Positions 36,860 through 47,124 of a stretch of DNA of 64,000 bases are shown here, piece by piece. The notes below the pieces were generated by a model. It worked only from the letters and a program-made list of their open reading frames with translations. It did no database searches and was not told where the DNA came from. Numbering within the stretch: position 1 is the stretch's first letter; each line of letters opens with the position of its first letter. Origin of the DNA: Dehalococcoidia bacterium (GTDB taxonomy: Bacteria; Chloroflexota; Dehalococcoidia; Bin125); the NCBI GenBank assembly GCA_963662615.2, contig CAXXSR010000001.1:576001-640000 (forward strand), in the 5' to 3' direction. The translations under genes were made by a program, and so were the position numbers.

Positions 36860-39274
36860 CTACACCGCCATATGCACGATGGTCACGCCCGCGCCGCCTT
36901 CACGCGGGGCCGCCTCCTCGTACTTCGTCACCAGCGGATGTCGCCGCAGCCGTTCGCGCACCACCTGACGCAGCGTCCCGGTGCCTTTCCCGTGCACCAC
37001 TTCCAGCCACTGCAACCCGGCCCGATAGGCCTGATCAAGGAATTGCTCCACCGCCGGCAGCGCCTCCTCCACCGTCTGCCCTCGCAATTCGATGCGCGAC
37101 GTCGCCTCGGCCGGCTCCACGTCGTATCGGACCCACCCGCGCGACTGCTCGGGCCGCTCCCCGTCCCCCCGCCCCACGCCTTCCACCTGCGCGCTGTGCA
37201 CGCGTGTCCGCAGCGCACCCAGTTGGACGTCCAGGTAGCCGTCCTCGTCCACGGCGCTCAGAGCCTGGCCCGGCTGCTCCACGCCTTCTAGATAGAGAAC
37301 GTCGCCCGCCTCGATCGCCTGCGGCGCGGCAGGCCTTCCGCGTCGATGATCCAACCCGCGGCGCTGCGCCGACCCGCGCTGCTGTATCCCCGCTCGCGCC
37401 CGACGCACCTCGGCCAGCCGTCGCTCCGCCGCCTGCATCTCCGTACGCGCGCTGACGGCGCTCTCCTTGTCTCCCTTGGCAATGCGCTTTTCCGCCGCCC
37501 GCAGCGCTTGGCGGACCGCCGCCAAGTGCTGCTCCATCTCCAGTTCCGTGCGCGCCAGCAGCGCCTCGCGCTCACCTTCGACTTCCTCGCGCCGACGGCG
37601 CAAGCCCGCGCGAATCTCCTCCGCTTCCCCACGCGCGAACTCCTCGGCCCGCCGCGCCTCGCTCGCCGCGGCCTGCTCCCGCTGCAGGCTTGCCAGCAGG
37701 CTTTCCATGTCGGTCTCCTGCGGGCTGTAGCGGGCCAGGGCCTCGTCCAGGACGCTCTCCGGCATCCCCAGCCGCCGCGCGATGGCGATGGCGTTGCTGC
37801 GCCCCGGCAGCCCCATCGCCAGACGGTAGGTCGGCGCTAGCGTCTCGGCGTCGAACTCCACTGACGCGTTCACCACTCCCTCCGTGGCATGGGCGAACAG
37901 CTTCAGTTCCCCGTGGTGCGTCGTCGCCACCACCGTGGCGTCCAGCTCCAGAAGGTGCGTGAGGATGGCGCGGCCCAGCGCGGCCCCCTCGGTGGGATCG
38001 GTGCCGGCGCCCAGCTCGTCCAGCAGCACCAAGCTCTGCGGCCCCGCGATCCGCAGGATGCGAATGATGTTGGTCATGTGCGACGAGAACGTGGAGAGCG
38101 ACTGCTCAATGCTCTGCTCGTCGCCAATATCGGCGTAGACGCCCTGGTACGCGGGCACCTGCGTGCCGGGCTCGGCCGGCAGGGGCAGCCCCGCCTGGGC
38201 CATCAGCGCCAGCAGCCCCACCGTCTTCAGCGCCACCGTTTTCCCGCCCGTGTTGGGGCCCGTGATCAGGACGCCGCGCTGCGGCCCGCCCGCCACCACC
38301 GAGATCGGCACCACGTCGCCCCTCAGGAGCGGATGCCGCGCCGACTGCAGCCGCAGCTCGCCGGGCGCCTCCACCACCCATGCCAGCGCGTCGTTGGCCG
38401 ACGGCAAGCCGGCCTGCAACTCCACCCCCAGCTCCGCCTTCGCCATGGCGAAATCGATCTCGCCCACCGCCCCTAGGGCGCTCTTGATCGCGCCGGCCTC
38501 CGCGCCCACCAGCGCACTCAGCCGACGCAGGATCCGCTCCACCTCACGTTGCTCCGCCAGCCGCGCTTCCCGCCAGCCGTTGCCCAGCTCCACCGCCGCC
38601 AGCGGCTCCACGAAGACGGTCGCCCCGCTCGACGAAACGTCGTGCACCACACTGGGCAGATGCCCGCGGGACTCCGCCTTGATCGGGATCACATAGCGCC
38701 CGTCCCGCTCCGTCACGATCGCTTCCTGCGCAATGCCCTGCGCCACGGCCCGATCCAGGATCCGTTGCACTCGCTCCAGCAGGCGGTCGTGTGCGACGCG
38801 GGAAGCGGCGCGCAGCGCCGACAGCTCCGGGCTCGCCCCATCCAGCACCTCGCCGCGCGCGTCGATCGCCCCCTCAATGGCGGCGATCAGCGGCGCGAAC
38901 TCGCCGATGTGCCGCGCGATCTGCGACAGTTGGGGCAACTCGCGGCCCAGGGGGACGAGCTGAGCGCGGGTCCGCCGCGCCGCCTGCAGAAAGCCGGCCA
39001 CCGTCAGCAGATCGGCCGGCGCCAGTTGCGCCCCCTGCGCCGCCGCCTCGCCCAGCGCGCTCAGATCCGTGATCGCGCCCAGGCCGAAGTCCGGCTTGAG
39101 CCGTCGCAGCGCCATCGCCTCCGCCGTCAGGCGCTGGCGCCGCTTAATCTCATCCAGATCGCTGCTGGGAGTGAGGGCGCGCGCAAGCTGACGGCCCCAC
39201 GGGGACACGCACAGCTCGGCCAGCCGCGCCGTGATCTTGGGGAATTCCAGAAATTCGAGCGACTTCTGGTCCAG
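36860..39274 (-). CDS. mutS2: Endonuclease MutS2 (probable CTG start at 39274)
   Basis: N-terminal DQKSLEFLEFPKI; TGPNTGGKT, GDEQSIEQSLSTFS and DELGAGTDP; Smr VHGKGTG. Confidence 0.95.
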   Translation of the reverse strand: MDQKSLEFLEFPKITARLAELCVSPWGRQLARALTPSSDLDEIKRRQRLTAEAMALRRLKPDFGLGAITDLSALGEAAAQGAQLAPADLLTVAGFLQAARRTRAQLVPLGRELPQLSQIARHIGEFAPLIAAIEGAIDARGEVLDGASPELSALRAASRVAHDRLLERVQRILDRAVAQGIAQEAIVTERDGRYVIPIKAESRGHLPSVVHDVSSSGATVFVEPLAAVELGNGWREARLAEQREVERILRRLSALVGAEAGAIKSALGAVGEIDFAMAKAELGVELQAGLPSANDALAWVVEAPGELRLQSARHPLLRGDVVPISVVAGGPQRGVLITGPNTGGKTVALKTVGLLALMAQAGLPLPAEPGTQVPAYQGVYADIGDEQSIEQSLSTFSSHMTNIIRILRIAGPQSLVLLDELGAGTDPTEGAALGRAILTHLLELDATVVATTHHGELKLFAHATEGVVNASVEFDAETLAPTYRLAMGLPGRSNAIAIARRLGMPESVLDEALARYSPQETDMESLLASLQREQAAASEARRAEEFARGEAEEIRAGLRRRREEVEGEREALLARTELEMEQHLAAVRQALRAAEKRIAKGDKESAVSARTEMQAAERRLAEVRRARAGIQQRGSAQRRGLDHRRGRPAAPQAIEAGDVLYLEGVEQPGQALSAVDEDGYLDVQLGALRTRVHSAQVEGVGRGDGERPEQSRGWVRYDVEPAEATSRIELRGQTVEEALPAVEQFLDQAYRAGLQWLEVVHGKGTGTLRQVVRERLRRHPLVTKYEEAAPREGGAGVTIVHMAV

Positions 39275-39300
39275 GGCTCTCCTCGCGACTCCCGCTGCGT

Positions 39301-40689
39301 CTACTCGGCGTACCGCTCGACTTCGAAGCGGTGCAGCGTCACCGGTTCATCCGGTCCAATGCCGCCCTTCTGCCGCGCGATGGCCACCTGCTCCTCCGCG
39401 CTCTCCACGTCGTTGAGGTCCGGCAGCAGGATGCCTCGCCGCTGTCCGCACTCCACCACCACGCCGTAGCGCTGCGGCTGCAACTGCGACACGTTGGCGA
39501 TCGGCTCGGGCTCGCCTAACACATCGACTTTGTATCGCAGTTGCGGCAACTCGCCCACCCGGACGGGCGTGAACCGCGGGTCACGGGTCGCTGCGGCGAT
39601 CGCGTTACTGATCACCTCTGCCAGCACATTCGGCTGCGTTGGCTCCAGCGTGCCAATACAGCCCCGGAGCATCGCCTCGCCGTCAAAGATGGAGATGAAC
39701 GCGCCCGCCCGGGTCGCGCGCCAGCGCTCTTGGCTCAGCGGCGGCTCCGTGATCCAGCGCCCTTCACGAAGAAACGCTTCCACGGCCGCTCGCGCCAGGG
39801 CCACGATCTCCTCCCCCGCCGCCGCCGGCGTGGGCGAGACAGGCCCGGGGACGACGGCCGCCTCCGCCCTCGGTTCGCCCCTGTCTTTCGCGGCGCCGAT
39901 CTCCACCAGCGCCGTCATATATCCCACGCCCCAGGGCCCCTCTGAGGCAAGAAGGCGCGGCCGCACCTCCAGCCCGTCCAGCGCCCCCATCAAGATCGCC
40001 ACCGACGGGATCGAATCCTCCGCCGCCAGGCGCCGGTACTCGTCGTCGAATGCCAGCATTCGCTCCACGTCCCAGGCCAAGAACGCTTCCTCGAACTCCT
40101 CCTCAAAGCGCGGCGCAGCCGGGTGGAAACCGTAAGGGCCGTCCGGCTTGAGGGCGTGAGCGCCGTCAGCGCTGGCGATGATCGCCACGCGCCTCTCGCT
40201 CTCCGCCAGCACCGCTCCCAGGGCGCGGCCCAGCGCGTAGTGATCGTGCGGGGAGCCGAAGCTGATGGACAGCATGGTCACCGGCGCCTCCGGCGCCGCA
40301 TCCTGCAGGTAGTAGAGCGGCACCCAGGCGGAGTGGTCGTCGGCGTCCCAGCGATCGATCGCCCGCAGCGTGACGCCCCGCTCGGCTGCCTCCGCCAGCA
40401 GCGCCTCCACGATCTCCCCATCGCAGGCCCGCTCGAAGCGCACGTCCGCCGCGCCGAACCGCCCCAGGTTTCCTAGCAGCCTTCCGCGCAGGACGGAGAA
40501 CGCTTCCCCGTTGATCGGTCCGTGCGGGCAGATCAGCAGGAGGCTCTGGGGGCGCGCTTCGTCGAGCCGCTGCCGTAAGGTCGCAAAGGCGTCCACCGTC
40601 GCCGCTGTGGTGCGCTCCTTCCCCCGCCCGACCTCCGGCACGATGATCGGCGGATGCGGCGTCACGCAGGCGAAGACGGGCCCGGCCAC
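39301..40689 (-). CDS. Fused MEMO/LigB-like + AMMECR1 protein (AmmeMemoRadiSam A-type)
   Basis: PHPPIIVPEVG, PHG, DH and ASADGAH (LigB/MEMO fold); LRGCIGT, AATRDPRF, GILLPDL and RQKGGI (AMMECR1). Confidence 0.88.
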   Translation of the reverse strand: MAGPVFACVTPHPPIIVPEVGRGKERTTAATVDAFATLRQRLDEARPQSLLLICPHGPINGEAFSVLRGRLLGNLGRFGAADVRFERACDGEIVEALLAEAAERGVTLRAIDRWDADDHSAWVPLYYLQDAAPEAPVTMLSISFGSPHDHYALGRALGAVLAESERRVAIIASADGAHALKPDGPYGFHPAAPRFEEEFEEAFLAWDVERMLAFDDEYRRLAAEDSIPSVAILMGALDGLEVRPRLLASEGPWGVGYMTALVEIGAAKDRGEPRAEAAVVPGPVSPTPAAAGEEIVALARAAVEAFLREGRWITEPPLSQERWRATRAGAFISIFDGEAMLRGCIGTLEPTQPNVLAEVISNAIAAATRDPRFTPVRVGELPQLRYKVDVLGEPEPIANVSQLQPQRYGVVVECGQRRGILLPDLNDVESAEEQVAIARQKGGIGPDEPVTLHRFEVERYAE

Positions 40690-40749
40690 GAATTACTCCC
40701 TCTCGCCGTATTGTAGGATCGCCCTCGCGGTCGCGCCCGCGCCTCGGCT

Positions 40750-42141
40750 TCAGTGTTCGCGCAGCGCCGCCTGGAGCGCGCCGACGAGTGACGCCGTCTC
40801 GTCCTCGTCAACCGTGCGGGGATCCAACAGCACCGCGTCCCGTTCCACGCGCGCCACCACGGGCGGATCGCCCAAGCGCAGCCGCTCCGCCAGCCGCTGC
40901 GCCCTGCCGCCCTCGCGCCGCAGTGCCAAGACGGACGTGGGCAAGCTTTCGCCCGGCAGCGACCCCCCGCCGATCATCGACTGGCCCGCCTCAACGTCGC
41001 CCGCCCCCAACGCCAGCCGCCACCCCTCCGCGCGCTCGCGCATCGCTGCTGCCGGTGCGCTGATCATGCGCCAGACGGGGATCGCGGACTCCGCTTCCCC
41101 CAGCAGGTAGTGCCGCAGCGTCGCCGCCAGCCCGGCGATGGTGGTCTTGTCCGCCCGCAACGCCCGCGCCAGCGGGTGCCGTCTCAGTTGCGCCACCAGC
41201 GCCGCCCGGCCCACGATAATCCCCGCCTGCGGCCCGCCCAGCAGCTTGTCGCCGGAGAACATCACCAGGTCCGCCCCCGCCGCCAGGCTCTCCTGCGGCC
41301 TTGGCTCCGGCGCCAGCCCGAAGCGGCTGGTGTCCAGGAGGCAGCCGCTGCCGATGTCGTCCAGCAGCAGCGCCCCCGCCGCCGAGGCCACCGCCTGCAG
41401 CTCCGCCAGCGTGGGCTGCTCCGTGAAGCCCACGATGCGGAAGTTGCTGGCATGCACGCGCAGGATCGCGGCGGTGGCATCGCCCACGGCGCCCTCGTAG
41501 TCGAGCGCGTGGGTCCGGTTGGTCGTGCCCACCTCCACCAGCTTGGCGCCGCTCTGGCGGCAGACGTCGGGGATGCGGAAGCCCCCACCGATCTCCACCG
41601 CCTGCCCGCGACTCACGATCACCTCGCGCTCGCCCACGAGCGCCGAGAGCGCCAGCAGCAGCGCGGCGGCGTTGTTGTTCACCGCCATGCCGGCCTCGGC
41701 GCCGGTCACCTCGCGCAGGATCCGCTCCAGGTGCGCCAGCCGCGACCCGCGCTCGCCGGCCGTCAGATCGAACTCCAGATTGGAATAGCCGCGGCCCGCG
41801 GCGTTCATCGCCTCACGGGCGGCCGTGGAAAGCGGTGCGCGCCCCAGGTTCGTGTGCAGGATCACGCCGGTCGCGTTGATGACGGCGCGCAGCGACGGTG
41901 CCGCGCTGTCTTCCAGACTGCTCGCGACCGCCTCCGCCAGCGCCTCGATGCGGGGGGCCGCCGCGCCTCCCCCGCCATCGCCCGACGGCGCTGCGCCCGC
42001 GATCGTCGCGCGCGCCCGCTCCAAGACGGCGCGGCTGTGCGCCGTCACCCGCTCGGCAGGGAAGCGCTGCCGCGCCCCCTCCAGCGACGGGTGCTGCAGC
42101 AGTTGGTCGACGCTGGGTAAACCGCGATACGGATTGGACAT
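40750..42141 (-). CDS. selA: L-seryl-tRNA(Sec) selenium transferase
   Basis: VINATGVILHTNLGRAPL, YSNLEFDL, VNNNAAA, EIGGGFRIPD, EVGTTN and FSGDKLLGGPQAG. Confidence 0.96.
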   Translation of the reverse strand: MSNPYRGLPSVDQLLQHPSLEGARQRFPAERVTAHSRAVLERARATIAGAAPSGDGGGGAAAPRIEALAEAVASSLEDSAAPSLRAVINATGVILHTNLGRAPLSTAAREAMNAAGRGYSNLEFDLTAGERGSRLAHLERILREVTGAEAGMAVNNNAAALLLALSALVGEREVIVSRGQAVEIGGGFRIPDVCRQSGAKLVEVGTTNRTHALDYEGAVGDATAAILRVHASNFRIVGFTEQPTLAELQAVASAAGALLLDDIGSGCLLDTSRFGLAPEPRPQESLAAGADLVMFSGDKLLGGPQAGIIVGRAALVAQLRRHPLARALRADKTTIAGLAATLRHYLLGEAESAIPVWRMISAPAAAMRERAEGWRLALGAGDVEAGQSMIGGGSLPGESLPTSVLALRREGGRAQRLAERLRLGDPPVVARVERDAVLLDPRTVDEDETASLVGALQAALREH

Positions 42142-42237
42142 CGCGACTCTATGCTATCCGGCATCGTGGCTGCCGGGTTCGGTTGCTCCCCCGCTGAATG
42201 CGCTCGTATATTCATACCATGGTAGGAGGAGGCTGAG

Positions 42238-43356
42238 GTGGCCAACCTGCGCATTCCCGGCCCCACGCCCTGCCCTCCCGAGGTGCTGGAGGCCGCGGGC
42301 CGGCAGATGATCAACCATCGCGGGCCGGAGTTCGCCGCCCTTCTCGAGCGGGTCACGGAAGGGGTCCGGCCTCTCTTCGCCACCGCGCACGACATCCTCT
42401 TGCCAACCTGCAGCGGCACGGGGGCGCTGGAAGCGGCGGTGGTGAACACGCTCTCTCCTGGCGACGCCGTGCTCGCCGTCAGCATGGGCGCCTTCGGCGA
42501 CCGTTTCGCCGGCATCGCCGAGGCCTACGGCGCCGCAGTGACCAGGATCGAGGTTGAGTGGGGGCGGGCGGTCGAGCCGGACGCGGTCCGCGACGCCGTA
42601 CGCGCCGGCGATTATCGCGCCGTGCTGGTCACCCACAACGAGACCTCTACCGGCGTGGTGAATCCGCTCGCGGAGATCTGCGACGCGATCCACGCGGAGA
42701 GCGACGCGCTCATCCTTGTCGATGCGGTCTCCAGCCTGGGCTGCGTCCCCTTCCTCACCGATGCCTGGGGCGTCGACATTGTCGTCACCGGCTCGCAGAA
42801 GGGCTGGGGGGCGCCGCCCGGCCTGGCCATGGCGGCGGTGAGTCCCAAGGCCTGGGCCGCCTCCGAGCGCGCCACCATGCCCCGCTTCTATCTGGACCTG
42901 AAGAAGCACAAGGAGTATGCGGCGATCGGCCAGTGTCCCTGGACGCCGGCGCTGTCCGTCTTTTTCGCTCTCGACGTCGTGCTCGAACGGATGGCCGCCG
43001 AGGGGCCCGAAGCGATCTACGCCCGCCACGCGCGAATTGCCGCGCGCACCCGCGACGGGGTGCGGGCGCTCGGCCTTGAACTCTTCGCGGAGGAGCGCTG
43101 CGCCTCCAAGACCGTCACCGCCGTACGCGTGCCGGACGGCGGTGACGGCAAGGCCCTGACGGCGCTGCTGCGGGAGAAGTACGACACGGTGGTGGCCGGC
43201 GGCCAGGCGAAGCTGGCCGGTAAGATCTTTCGCCTGGGGCACATGGGCTGGGTGCAGGACGCCGACATGGACGCCGCCCTCGACGCCGTCCGCCGCGCCC
43301 TCGCCGACCTCGGCTTCGTGGCCCCGGCCGGCTCCCTGGCCCGGTCGCGCTCCTGA
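42238..43356 (+). CDS. Class V aminotransferase (alanine-glyoxylate/serine-pyruvate type)
   Basis: IPGPT, HNETSTG, VDAVSS, GSQKG and FRLGHMG. Confidence 0.92.
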   Translation: MANLRIPGPTPCPPEVLEAAGRQMINHRGPEFAALLERVTEGVRPLFATAHDILLPTCSGTGALEAAVVNTLSPGDAVLAVSMGAFGDRFAGIAEAYGAAVTRIEVEWGRAVEPDAVRDAVRAGDYRAVLVTHNETSTGVVNPLAEICDAIHAESDALILVDAVSSLGCVPFLTDAWGVDIVVTGSQKGWGAPPGLAMAAVSPKAWAASERATMPRFYLDLKKHKEYAAIGQCPWTPALSVFFALDVVLERMAAEGPEAIYARHARIAARTRDGVRALGLELFAEERCASKTVTAVRVPDGGDGKALTALLREKYDTVVAGGQAKLAGKIFRLGHMGWVQDADMDAALDAVRRALADLGFVAPAGSLARSRS

Positions 43357-43370
43357 CGCGAAACGATTCC

Positions 43371-44966
43371 ATGAGCGGACGCATCCTCGTCGCTGACCCC
43401 ATTGCCCAAGAGGGGGTGGAGCTGCTCTCGCAGTACGGCCCCGTAGACGTGCGCACGGGGATGACCCCGGCAGAGCTGCTCGCGGCGGTTCGCGATTACG
43501 ACGGCCTCGTCGTCCGCAGCGAGACGCAGGTCAGCGGCGCCGTCATCGCCGCCGCCGACGCGCTGCGCGTCATCGGCCGTGCCGGCGTGGGCGTGGACAA
43601 CATCGATCTCGACGCGGCCACCGAGCGCGGCATCGTGGTGGTCAACGCGCCCGCGGGCAGCACCGTCTCCGCCGCCGAACTCACCATCGCCCTGCTCCTC
43701 GCCCTCAGCCGCCACGTCGTCGCCGCCGACGCCAGCCTGCGCGGCGGCGAATGGGACCGGCACGCCTTTATCGGCGTCGAGCTGCGCGGCAAGACGGCAG
43801 GGATCATCGGCCTGGGCCAGGTGGGCTCGGCCCTCGCCCGACGCCTGCTGGCGATGGAGATGACGGTCGTGGCGCATGACCCCTTCGTGCCGCAGGAACG
43901 GGCGCGGGTCCTGGGCCTGGAGCTGCTGGAGCTGGACGAGCTTCTGGGACGGTCCGACGTCGTCGCGCTCCACACCACGCTGGCACCCGGTGCGCCGCCC
44001 CTCCTGGGCCGCGATCAGCTGGCCCTGATGAAGCCGGGCTCCCGGCTGATCAATACGGCTCGCGGCGGCTTGGTGGATGAAGCGGCACTGCTCGACGCCC
44101 TCAATTCCGGACGTCTGGCCGGCGCCGCCGTGGACGTCTTCGCCGTCGAGCCGGCCCAGGACAGCCCTCTCGTGCGCCATCCCCACGTCGTCTGCACCCC
44201 GCATCTGGGCGCCTCCACGCAGGAGGCGCAGGAGCGCGTGGCCGTGGATGTCGCCCGCGAGATGCTGCGCGTCCTGGAGGGCAAGCCGGCCACCACGGCG
44301 GTCAACGCCCCCTTCGTCGATCCCGAATCGCTCACCATCGTCGGTCCCTACCTCGTCGTGGCGGAGATGGTGGGGACCCTGACCACGCAACTCGCCGAGG
44401 GCCAGTGGCACTCCCTCCGCATCCACTACCAGGGCGAGATCGCCAATCACGACGTCACCGCCCTTAAGGCGGCCGCCATCGCCGGCCTCCTCGCCACCAT
44501 CAGCGAGGAGCGCGTCAACCTGGTCTCCGTGAACAACATCATCGCCCAGCGGGGCTGGCAGGTGACCGAGGAGAAAGCGCCCGACGCCGGCTTCTACGCC
44601 AACCTGATCACGGTCCGCCTCACGACCTCCGGCGGCGACGTCCGCGTCTCCGGCACGCTGGTCCACGGCGAACCGCGCATCGTTGAGATCGACGGCTTTC
44701 GCGTCGACGTCGCCCGCAACCCGCACCATCCCGGCCATGCCCACATCCTGCTCCTCCACAACGAGGACCGCCCCGGCCGCGTTGGCGCCGTCGGCACCGC
44801 CCTGGGCGCCATGGAGGTGAACATCAGCGCCATGGACGTGGGCAAGCGCGACCGCTCCGGCAGCGCCATCATGGTCCTCACGGTCGATCGCGCTCTTACC
44901 GCCGGCGAGCAGCGCAGCATCGCTGCCATTGCCGGCATTGAGGCGGTCAAGCAGGCCGAGATCTGA
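43371..44966 (+). CDS. serA: D-3-phosphoglycerate dehydrogenase
   Basis: RAGVGVDNID, GLGQVG, INTARGG and TPHLGAST; C-terminal ACT domain (NEDRPG). Confidence 0.95.
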   Translation: MSGRILVADPIAQEGVELLSQYGPVDVRTGMTPAELLAAVRDYDGLVVRSETQVSGAVIAAADALRVIGRAGVGVDNIDLDAATERGIVVVNAPAGSTVSAAELTIALLLALSRHVVAADASLRGGEWDRHAFIGVELRGKTAGIIGLGQVGSALARRLLAMEMTVVAHDPFVPQERARVLGLELLELDELLGRSDVVALHTTLAPGAPPLLGRDQLALMKPGSRLINTARGGLVDEAALLDALNSGRLAGAAVDVFAVEPAQDSPLVRHPHVVCTPHLGASTQEAQERVAVDVAREMLRVLEGKPATTAVNAPFVDPESLTIVGPYLVVAEMVGTLTTQLAEGQWHSLRIHYQGEIANHDVTALKAAAIAGLLATISEERVNLVSVNNIIAQRGWQVTEEKAPDAGFYANLITVRLTTSGGDVRVSGTLVHGEPRIVEIDGFRVDVARNPHHPGHAHILLLHNEDRPGRVGAVGTALGAMEVNISAMDVGKRDRSGSAIMVLTVDRALTAGEQRSIAAIAGIEAVKQAEI

Positions 44967-44975
44967 CCCGCGCCC

Positions 44976-46274
44976 TCAGTCGAACGGGTGCAGCACCAGG
45001 CCGGTCGGCAACTTGGGCGTGAAGAAGGTGCTCTTCTGCGGCATGCGCTCACCCGCGTCGGCGGCGGCGAAGACGTGCGAGAGGGCCGGCGGGCGCAGCA
45101 GGAAGGCGACGCGGGCGCGCCCCTCCACCACCGCCTCGTACGTCGCCGCCGCGTCGTGCGAATAGGTCACGGCCGCGCCCGCTCGCAGCGCGGCCTCGTC
45201 AATGCCGAACAGCGGCTCCAGGATCAGGGTCTGCAGCAGCGCCGTCCCCACGCCCGCCCACGACGCAGGCAGCCCGCGCGGCATCGCCGCGCGCGTCCGT
45301 TCATCCGCCACCAGCAGCTGAACGTGCTCACGGTCGAGGCCCACCGCCGCGATCGCCGTCTCTCCTCCCGCAGTTCCATCCAGGGCGCGCAGGAGCGGCT
45401 CCGCCCCCTCGCCGGCGGCGCCCACGCTGCGGATCTGAAACAGATCGCCGATCCGCGCCACGACGTCGGGCGGCGGCTCCACCTGCACCAGCCGATGCGT
45501 CGCGCCCACGATCAGCCCGGGGTCGTCCGCCCGCACGATGCCGATCAGCACGAAGTTGGCCGCCGCATCGTGGTTCCATTCCGCGCCCGCGGCCGCGGCG
45601 CAGCGATCGCGGTGGGCAAGCGCGGACTCGTACCGGTGATGCCCGTCGGCGATGTACAGCGTTTCGCCGCCGAGGGCGCTCTCCAGCGCCCGCACCGATC
45701 CCGGATCGTCAAGGATGCGCAGCGTGTGCCGCTCACCGCTGCCGTCCATGCCCTCCGCCGCCGCTTCCACCGCCTTCGCCACTGCCAACGCCGCCTCCAG
45801 CGCCTCGCCCACCCGGCCCCGGCGGTCCGCGACGAGCGCGAGCAGCGGCGAGACGTCGGCGCCCACGGCCTCCCGCAGACGCAGCCGCTCTTCCTTGGGA
45901 CCGGACATGGTCTCTTCATGCGGGGCCACGCCGCCCTCGTGCCACGGCGCCAGGCGGACGGCGGCGTAGAGGCAGGTCCGCGCGCGCTCGCGGCCGCCGT
46001 GCCGGAACCGATGCTCCTCAACGTAGAACGCCGGCGCCCCGTCCCGACGCAGCACGCCCTCGCGTCGCCACTGCCGCAGACGCGCCGCCGCGGCCGCGAC
46101 GCCATCCGCGCCCGCCGGGGATTCGATGTGCGTGATCTGGTACGGGCTCCGCGCCAGGAGGTCGGCGCGCTCCTCGGCGTCGATCACGTCGTAGGGAGGG
46201 CCCAACAGCGTCGCCCAGTCCGGCGCCGCGCGGCTGTCGTAACGCAGGGCGCGAAACGGTCGCACGTCGGCCAT
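44976..46274 (-). CDS. DUF1015 family protein
   Basis: VRPFRALRY, PPYDVI, PHEET, IADGHHRYE and MPQKSTFFTPK. Confidence 0.9.
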   Translation of the reverse strand: MADVRPFRALRYDSRAAPDWATLLGPPYDVIDAEERADLLARSPYQITHIESPAGADGVAAAAARLRQWRREGVLRRDGAPAFYVEEHRFRHGGRERARTCLYAAVRLAPWHEGGVAPHEETMSGPKEERLRLREAVGADVSPLLALVADRRGRVGEALEAALAVAKAVEAAAEGMDGSGERHTLRILDDPGSVRALESALGGETLYIADGHHRYESALAHRDRCAAAAGAEWNHDAAANFVLIGIVRADDPGLIVGATHRLVQVEPPPDVVARIGDLFQIRSVGAAGEGAEPLLRALDGTAGGETAIAAVGLDREHVQLLVADERTRAAMPRGLPASWAGVGTALLQTLILEPLFGIDEAALRAGAAVTYSHDAAATYEAVVEGRARVAFLLRPPALSHVFAAADAGERMPQKSTFFTPKLPTGLVLHPFD

Positions 46275-46323
46275 CGGGCGGCGCTCCTGCCGGGAGGATA
46301 GCGGCGCCGCCGGGGCCGCCGCG

Positions 46324-47061
46324 CTAGCCGCTCGCCGTCGCCTCGCTCGCTTCGGCGATGGCCGTCTCTTGCAGGGCGAACAGCTCCGCCAGCCCCGGCT
46401 CCGCGATGTCCAACAGCCGTCCCATCAGCTCGCGGGAGAACGGCTTGCCCTCCGCCGTCCCCTGCACTTCCACGTAGTCGCCCTTCGCCGTCTTGACGAC
46501 GTTGAAATCCACCGCCGCCGCCGAGTCCTCCTCGTAGCAGAGGTCCAGCAGCGCCTCGCCCCCCACAACGCCCACGCTGGTCCCCGCCACGGCGCCCGCC
46601 AGCGGCACCGCGCTCAGCGCTCCCGCCTCCACGAGTCGCTGCATCGCCAGGGAGAGCGCCACGTAACTGCCCGTGATCGCGGCGGTGCGGGTGCCGCCAT
46701 CGGCCTGCAGCACGTCGCAGTCGACGGTGAAGGTGCGCTCGCCCAGAATGTCCAAGTTCGTCACCGCCCGCAGGCTGCGACCGATCAGCCGCTGGATTTC
46801 GTGGGTGCGTCCGCCAATCCGCCCCGTCTCCCGCGGCGACCGCACGTTCGTGCTGCGCGGCAGCATGGCGTACTCCGCCGTCACCCAACCGGCCCCGGTC
46901 CCTCGCAGGAAAGCGGGCGTCCTGTCTTCCACCGAGACGGCGCAAAGCACCTTGGTCAGCCCCAAGCTGATCAGGACGGAGCCCTCGGCGTTCCGCTGGT
47001 AGCCGGTCTCGATCTGCACCGGCCGCAGCTCCCCAGCCTGGCGGCCATCTCCGCGCGACAT
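46324..47061 (-). CDS. rph: Ribonuclease PH
   Basis: [43 protein letters not shown] and EVQGTAE. Confidence 0.96.
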   Translation of the reverse strand: MSRGDGRQAGELRPVQIETGYQRNAEGSVLISLGLTKVLCAVSVEDRTPAFLRGTGAGWVTAEYAMLPRSTNVRSPRETGRIGGRTHEIQRLIGRSLRAVTNLDILGERTFTVDCDVLQADGGTRTAAITGSYVALSLAMQRLVEAGALSAVPLAGAVAGTSVGVVGGEALLDLCYEEDSAAAVDFNVVKTAKGDYVEVQGTAEGKPFSRELMGRLLDIAEPGLAELFALQETAIAEASEATASG

Positions 47062-47124
47062 GGCTCTGAGTGTAGCCGCCACTGCCCGCTACCGCCCGCC
47101 ACCGCCCTCCGCCGCCCGCGCCGC

